Shown here: positions 58,849 to 64,000 of the stretch, piece after piece
Layout of the letters: each line of letters begins with the position of its first letter
Position numbering within the stretch: the stretch's first letter is position 1
Source of the DNA: Candidatus Collierbacteria bacterium RIFOXYD2_FULL_45_13
GTDB taxonomy: Bacteria; Patescibacteriota; Microgenomatia; UBA1400; MFAQ01
Direction of reading: 5' to 3'
DNA length: 64,000 nt
Assembly: GCA_001774685.1 (NCBI GenBank)
Contig: MFAS01000001.1
Location: 607,557 to 671,556 of the forward strand
The notes under the pieces: generated by a model
What the model was told of the DNA's origin: nothing
The model's input: the letters and a program-made list of their open reading frames with translations, nothing else
Database searches by the model: none
Program-made: the position numbers and the translations under genes

Positions 58849-59058
58849 ATGAGAGAGTACAAAATATCTAGAAATGTTGGTAAAAGAATCAGAGTAATCC
58901 GCCGGAAACAGGCACTTACTCAGGAAGAGTTATCTGGAAGACTAAATATCCATGTCTCAACACTTGGCAGAATAGAGAGGGGTGAAAGTAATCCACCCAT
59001 ACAAACAATAAACCGAATCGCCCAGGCCCTAAAGGTAAAACCAAAGGAACTATTTTAA
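58849..59058 (+). CDS. XRE-family HTH regulator (C-protein-like)
   Basis: GKRIR..R....LTQEELS......STLGRIERGE.NP...TI.RIA.AL.V...ELF. Confidence 0.9.
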   Translation: MREYKISRNVGKRIRVIRRKQALTQEELSGRLNIHVSTLGRIERGESNPPIQTINRIAQALKVKPKELF

Positions 59059-59158
59059 ATTTTCCTTATTTGGTCAATACGCACTTTTTACCCATTGATA
59101 CGATTTGATATATTCGGTATACTCAGCGGGTACTTTAATCTAATCCAAGGAGGTCATC

Positions 59159-59932
59159 ATGAGCCAATGGCTAGAAACCCATTGTGGTTGGTGTCATACC
59201 ACCATTGCTTATCTACCAGAATGGTCACATATACCCGAGTACTGCAAATATTGTAATGAGTGGCTGGAAAAAGACTGTCTCAATCCGCACTGTCCTGGCA
59301 GAATAAAATATAAAGTTTACTGGTCAAATATTCACGACTACTGTACCTGCAAAGGCTGGTACGAAATCAAATGTTCCCATTGCTACCAGTACTTTAGTGT
59401 CAACGACCAATGGGACAACAAGCCAGAGTATTGTTCCAGTTGTCGCGAATGGAAAGAAAAAGCTTGTGCTAATCGTCACTGCAATGGCAAAGTCCGATAC
59501 AAAGATTTTTGGGATAACAAACCGGACTACTGCACCTGCAAAGGTTGGTATGAGGTTCGCTGTAGCAACTCAAACTGTCGCAATACTATTTCTGTTCACT
59601 CCTCTTGGTCAAATGTGCCTGAGCACTGCAAGGACTGTAATTCTTGGCATGAAAAGGCATGTGCCACCAGTGGGTGTACCGAAAAAGTTTCTTATAAACC
59701 ATCTTGGAGTAATCCACCCGAGTACTGTGATACCTGTCGAAAGTTGGGTGGTAGTCGTAGAGACCCATGGAATGACCCCAGAAACGTAGTGGAAGGAATC
59801 GGCCCCAATGCAAGTGGAGTTTGGGGTCAAAAAATCATGGGTGGCCCCGATAAGGGGTTACATCGTGGCTATGACCCAGACAAAATTCGTGAATTTGAGG
59901 CTGGAAAAGATTATGAGAGGAGAAAGCGCTGA
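59159..59932 (+). CDS. Cys/Trp-rich protein with six tandem zinc-ribbon-like repeats
   Basis: SD AAGGAGG; 6 x W-x-E-x-x-C-x(2-4)-C-x9-W-x5-[YH]-C-x(1-2)-C. Confidence 0.85.
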   Translation: MSQWLETHCGWCHTTIAYLPEWSHIPEYCKYCNEWLEKDCLNPHCPGRIKYKVYWSNIHDYCTCKGWYEIKCSHCYQYFSVNDQWDNKPEYCSSCREWKEKACANRHCNGKVRYKDFWDNKPDYCTCKGWYEVRCSNSNCRNTISVHSSWSNVPEHCKDCNSWHEKACATSGCTEKVSYKPSWSNPPEYCDTCRKLGGSRRDPWNDPRNVVEGIGPNASGVWGQKIMGGPDKGLHRGYDPDKIREFEAGKDYERRKR

Positions 59933-59955
59933 GACCCGAAAGGGTCTCTCTTTTT
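59931..59955 (+). terminator. Intrinsic terminator
   Basis: gagaccc-gaaa-gggtctc plus T-rich tail. Confidence 0.8.
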
Positions 59956-59972
59956 GTTTTATAATACTAGCC

Positions 59973-60362
59973 ATGGATACCAATTATTTTTTGGACAACA
60001 AACTCGACTGCAACAAAGATAATCCTATTTATGTGGGATATTTGGCTGACCTAAAAGACCTATTTTTGGAAGTCCAAAAGCTGACTGAAGACAATAAAAC
60101 AGACGAAGCTAAGGATTTACTAATGGACAGTGAGGGAAAGTTCTCTCCAAATCTATACAATATTTCGGAGGAGATAAACGATATTTTTGTCGGTCAACTT
60201 AAAAATGAGACTATCGAGCTTTATATAAATTTTAGAAAATTTAACGAGGAACTATCCAGCGAAAGAGTTAACGACCTCACGGGGAGAGACCTAAATATAT
60301 CAATCAATAGAATTAAGCTTTTTTTGGCACAGGAATTGAGGCTAATAGATAACCTCAAGTAA
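59973..60362 (+). CDS. Hypothetical acidic helical protein
   Basis: TATAAT 7 nt upstream of ATG 59973; 129 aa. Confidence 0.6.
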   Translation: MDTNYFLDNKLDCNKDNPIYVGYLADLKDLFLEVQKLTEDNKTDEAKDLLMDSEGKFSPNLYNISEEINDIFVGQLKNETIELYINFRKFNEELSSERVNDLTGRDLNISINRIKLFLAQELRLIDNLK

Positions 60363-60789
60363 AATCCTAAAAAAAATTATAAAAATATTTTACCTTTCAA
60401 AAGCATGGTGAGACCGAGCTTTTGGTATAGCTGTGGTACTAGCTTAGTGGGTAATTCTGTGCGGGGGGTCGAGTTTTTATAACTCAAACTGCAGGGAATA
60501 TTATGCGGAAAAATAAACACCCAAAATCTATCCCAAATTATAACAGCTTACGCATGAAGCTTATTAATATAAGTCATAATATCTTTGTTATATATCTTTT
60601 GTGCCTAATACTTGACACAAAAGCCACCTTGTACGACGTATGCGGTCATAAACCAATGAGGTGATATCTATATCAAAACATGTCATTTGGTAATTTTCCG
60701 CAAAAGCTCCAAATCTACAAAGGATTATATTTTAATTATCTCCGCTAATCGATTGTTTACTTAGTTACAATCTTTTTGTAGTAGTGTTA

Positions 60790-61295
60790 AGTTGAGACTT
60801 GCTTACGCAGACCTCCCCTTGAGTCTCGTGTTTTAGGCACGCGACTTGGACTAGAAATTGTACTTAGCAGACACAAGCGGTATTTATTGCCACGCAGCAT
60901 GGTGAAAAATACGAGGTCCAAGTGACAGCGCACTATAGCTAATGTACTGTGACTTAGCGACCCCGACCATGTTCGTAAAGTATTAAGCCGTTCGATTGTA
61001 GTTTAACCGGCTATTTACAGTTCTATATTAAGATTTTCTTCTTTTCTGTAACTTCCTTTACGACCTCCCCAGGACTGAGTTTCCTCCATGCCCTGACTAC
61101 GAATGGTTTATCCTATTGGGTTGTCGAATTTGCTTGTTGCCTTAAAGTTCTAGCTTTTGTGAGAATTAGTTTGTGAAACCAGTGGCACTCACGAGGACGG
61201 TTTTCATTCGACCTCTTTATAGGGAACCTGAGAGTTATTGAGTCTTTCTAAGCTTCCTAGAATGCATGTCGGCATATCTATAAGTCAATAGATAA
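60790..61295 (+). ncRNA. Candidate large structured ncRNA (~500 nt)
   Basis: No ORF of 60 aa or more in 60363-61423; at least 10 nested helices, one pseudoknot, G-U pairs on the + strand. Confidence 0.6.
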
Positions 61296-61423
61296 AACTA
61301 AAACCATTCTGTCAACCCTATCAAAACATATCAGTTTTAAATTTCTCTTAACTTTAAGATAACGATGAATAAAAATGGTAGCCCTGAGGCAGTAGATTAG
61401 CCACAGAAAGCCTTTCAAATAAC

Positions 61424-62425
61424 TTATTTAAGATTGATATGTAAAGCAAGTGAACTGTTTGGGTCAAGCTCACATTTCACAACAAACCGACAATCATTTT
61501 TCATCTCATACTGAACAAAACTAAGTATCCGTTCCAATTTTTCTTTTGGTGATAGTCCTTGCGGAACAATTGTCGTTCCATTGAGAGAAATTGCCAAGTC
61601 ATAAACATTAAGATGGCTGTAAACAGTGTCTAAAATTCTTGTGTCAGTGTGGCGCATTAGTCGTCGTGCTTGACCATAGGGGACACCATCGCGAAGTAAG
61701 GTTGTGGCATAAACATGGCGCAAGCTGTGAACTCTGATTTTCTGTTTTATGTCCAACTTTTTGCAACCCCTAGTCATAGAATTTTGCAACATTTTTTCGC
61801 TTATTCTAAAAATCAAGCCACCCCTGTTAATTCTCGGCCTAAGCATTTTCAACATATCATTTGCGATGGGTAGTTTATCTCTGTGTCCACCTTTTCCAAA
61901 AACCCAAAAGGTTTTTTCTTCAAGATTAAAGTCATCGGCTTTGAGTCCACGAAGCTCAAAGTTTCTCAATCCAGATTTTGAGGCAAAAATTAGGCAATCT
62001 TTCGCCTCTCGTTTTTGTCGTCGTACTGCCTTGTTGTCATTTTTCAGCACCTCACATCCTGCCTCTATTATCATTTGGGCAGTCTCAAAGGGGACAATTT
62101 GTATTTCTTCTCTGTGTAGTTTTGGCAGTTTAACCTTTTGTCCCCAGTTTTCCGAAATACTTCCACCCTCAAAATGCCAAGAAATAAAAGCTCGAACTAC
62201 TTTTGAATCTGAAACCATGGAGCTTGGTTTCCACCCCAAGTCAGTGAGATAGGCAATATAGCCACGAAAAGTCTCTGGTGACAGTTCTGAGTTACCTAGG
62301 AATTTGGAAAGGCGAGTTAGTGTTTCTTTCTTACCCTCAATGGTTCTTTTTGTCATACCAGACTCAATCTCGCAAGAGAGTAGGTAATCAGCCATGGTTT
62401 TCTCGACATTAATACATGACGCCAT
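61424..62425 (-). CDS. Tyrosine recombinase/integrase
   Basis: Catalytic set: SGLR (R), GKGG (K), HSLRH (HxxR), MRH and VYSH (Y); N-terminal SAM-like domain. Confidence 0.93.
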   Translation of the reverse strand: MASCINVEKTMADYLLSCEIESGMTKRTIEGKKETLTRLSKFLGNSELSPETFRGYIAYLTDLGWKPSSMVSDSKVVRAFISWHFEGGSISENWGQKVKLPKLHREEIQIVPFETAQMIIEAGCEVLKNDNKAVRRQKREAKDCLIFASKSGLRNFELRGLKADDFNLEEKTFWVFGKGGHRDKLPIANDMLKMLRPRINRGGLIFRISEKMLQNSMTRGCKKLDIKQKIRVHSLRHVYATTLLRDGVPYGQARRLMRHTDTRILDTVYSHLNVYDLAISLNGTTIVPQGLSPKEKLERILSFVQYEMKNDCRFVVKCELDPNSSLALHINLK

Positions 62426-62517
62426 TGAGCGTTAATCATGTATCGAGGAGAAAAAATTGCTACCACGACACTAAATTGTTATTTTCTATAAAAAGATTGA
62501 TTTACCAATCTTTTTTG

Positions 62518-62591
62518 CGAGGCTGATGGGATTCGAACCCACGACCTTCTCCGTGACAGGGAGACGCGCTAACCAGCTGCGCTACAGCCCC
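62518..62591 (-). tRNA. tRNA-Asp(GTC)
   Basis: Acceptor ggggctg/cagcctc; anticodon arm tctcc-ctGTCac-ggaga; T-arm gtggg-ttcgaat-cccat. Confidence 0.96.
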
Positions 62592-62760
62592 AACAGTGTA
62601 TATTTTACGACCTTTGTTCCAATTTCTCCATAGGCACGCACCTTACCCAATATAGCTATTGCATTATGGACTTGATATAATGTCCTAGTTAAATCATCTT
62701 AACCTTTACAGATTGTCTCGCGGTGATGATGGCCACGGGGAAAGTAGAAAGGAGCCAGAA

Positions 62761-63048
62761 ATGGCTGTTCGTTTGTACGTAGGGAACCTACCCTACAATA
62801 TTACTCAAACCAGACTCCAGGAGATCTTTTCTCCCTTCGGTGCTCTAGGTGAGGTAACAGTTATATCAGATAAGTTCTCCGGCAGGAGTAAAGGATTCGG
62901 ATTCGTAGAATTCGAAGACGCTGAAGCTGCTAAGAGTGCTATCGAAAAAATGAATGGTGCTGACCTTGATGGTCGCAACATTATTGTTAATGAAGCCCGC
63001 CCCAAAGAAGACCGTCCCGCTGGTGGGAGATCCTTCGGAGGTCGCTAA
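62761..63048 (+). CDS. RRM RNA-binding protein
   Basis: RNP2 LYVGNL, RNP1 KGFGFVEF, VNEARP and Gly/Arg tail; SD AAGGAG. Confidence 0.95.
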   Translation: MAVRLYVGNLPYNITQTRLQEIFSPFGALGEVTVISDKFSGRSKGFGFVEFEDAEAAKSAIEKMNGADLDGRNIIVNEARPKEDRPAGGRSFGGR

Positions 63049-63087
63049 GTTAGCTCTTAATTCGTAAGAATTACGTATAATGGTCGT

Positions 63088-64000
63088 ATGACCGTTAACC
63101 GAGAAACCGCCCAGCTCCTTGAAAGAGTTGCGGCGGTTTTTCGTGTTAAGGAAGGTGACACTTTCAGAGTCAAAGCCTATTTAAATGCTGCTGCGGTCAT
63201 AGACAGCCTTACAGAGCCGTTGGACGAACTTTGGCGGCAACAGAAGCTCGACACAGTCCCTGGCCTCGGGAAGGCACTGGTAGGATACCTGCAAGAGTAT
63301 TTTTCCAAAGGAAAAGTTCAACATTTTGACTCACAATTAAAAAAGGTCCCCGCGGGTATGTTCGCCCTCATGGATATTCGGGGCGTGGGCCCCATGACGG
63401 CTTACAAACTCGCCAGGAAATTCCATCTATCGGACAAAAAGACCGCCATTCATCGTCTTCAACAGTTGATCAAAGATGACAAGCTTGGAAAAATCGAGAG
63501 TTTCAAAGAAAGATCAATTGAGCGGCTTACCAAGTCTCTGAAAATTCAAACTATCGGCAAGGGTAGGCTTCTTTTATCGGATGCCTTATCGATTGCCGAG
63601 GATTACCTAGAATATTTAAAAAGATCCTCATTGACTATCGAGGCAGAGCCTCTCGGAAGCCTTCGTAGGCGGCTCTCAACGGTTGGAGACATTGATCTGG
63701 CGCTAAATACGAAACACCCCGAAGCATCCATGAAACACGCCTTGTCTTATTCTCAAATAAGTTCGGTCATTACCAAAGGAGATAAAGTCAGCCACGTAAA
63801 GTTAAAAAACGGATTTGAGGTGGACATTAAGATCTCTGAACCTAGAGACTGGGGAAGTTTGCTCCAGCACTATACCGGATCCAAGATGCACAACATTCAT
63901 CTCCGTACTATTGCCAAGGGGAAAAATCTCTCACTGTCTGAGTACGGGATCAAGAAAGGCAAAAAGACCAATCATTTCAAAACCGAAAAAGACTGTTATC
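63088..64000 (+). CDS. polX: DNA polymerase X family protein, truncated by window end
   Basis: N-x-E-x-A..L, FRVKAY.NAA, VPGLG, IRGVGP, GSLRR...VGDIDL and LQHYTGSK.HNI.LR. Confidence 0.92.
   Translation, partial: MTVNRETAQLLERVAAVFRVKEGDTFRVKAYLNAAAVIDSLTEPLDELWRQQKLDTVPGLGKALVGYLQEYFSKGKVQHFDSQLKKVPAGMFALMDIRGVGPMTAYKLARKFHLSDKKTAIHRLQQLIKDDKLGKIESFKERSIERLTKSLKIQTIGKGRLLLSDALSIAEDYLEYLKRSSLTIEAEPLGSLRRRLSTVGDIDLALNTKHPEASMKHALSYSQISSVITKGDKVSHVKLKNGFEVDIKISEPRDWGSLLQHYTGSKMHNIHLRTIAKGKNLSLSEYGIKKGKKTNHFKTEKDCY

Larger units (their letters stand above)
56785..62556. mobile_element. 5.7 kb integrative element in tRNA-Asp(GTC)
   Basis: Flanking duplication of the tRNA 3' half, tRNA-proximal tyrosine integrase, AT-richer cargo. 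Confidence 0.88.

Noticed and set aside
59330-59560. DGR template/variable repeat pair in the Cys-rich gene
   Set aside because: Mismatches are mostly synonymous C/T changes rather than adenine-specific, both copies are in frame, and there is no RT.
60986-61012. Group II intron domain V look-alike (AGCCG...CGGCT)
   Set aside because: Too short (27 nt), no GNRA loop or AC bulge, no domain VI and no RT.
61749-62252. 167 aa ORF antisense to the integrase and similar long antisense ORFs in ftsA, ftsZ and ileS
   Set aside because: Fully nested opposite well-supported genes and explained by codon bias.
63061-63076. Possible SOS box before polX (TTCGT-N6-TACGT)
   Set aside because: Three mismatches to the dinB box; equally explained as a small hairpin.

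Overview
64 kb of bacterial chromosome. Gene content and style point to Patescibacteria/CPR, probably Microgenomates (inference from the dcw-end layout, the rplU-methyltransferase-rpmA order, a direct-repeat LexA-type box and mostly leaderless-looking genes). In order: the end of the dcw cluster (ftsW-murG-ftsQ-ftsA-ftsZ); a small accessory block including a stand-alone Clp D2-type ATPase; an SOS-boxed small-gene/dinB cassette; an ABC exporter; ileS-rodA-rplU-MTase-rpmA-parB; lepB; a 16 kb surface-glycan locus; mixed repair and metabolic genes (Pif1-like helicase, two Cas4-like nucleases, queA, tgt, PLD); four tRNAs (Val-CAC, Gly-CCC, Thr-CGT, Asp-GTC); an RRM gene; and the start of polX. The most unusual signals are non-coding. 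(1) A 5.7 kb tyrosine-integrase element sits in tRNA-Asp and carries an ORF-free, heavily base-paired ~500 nt region with a pseudoknot (candidate large ncRNA), a C-protein-like regulator and a six-repeat Cys-rich protein. (2) A family of ~90-150 bp tRNA-linked units lies behind tRNA-Asp and tRNA-Thr; they share internal motifs, but their ends match their own tRNA's T-arm. (3) A ~260 nt candidate ncRNA upstream of ileS is bounded by a promoter and a terminator. (4) A palindromic repeat has been absorbed into coding sequence. All structure calls were made by eye and have not been computed.
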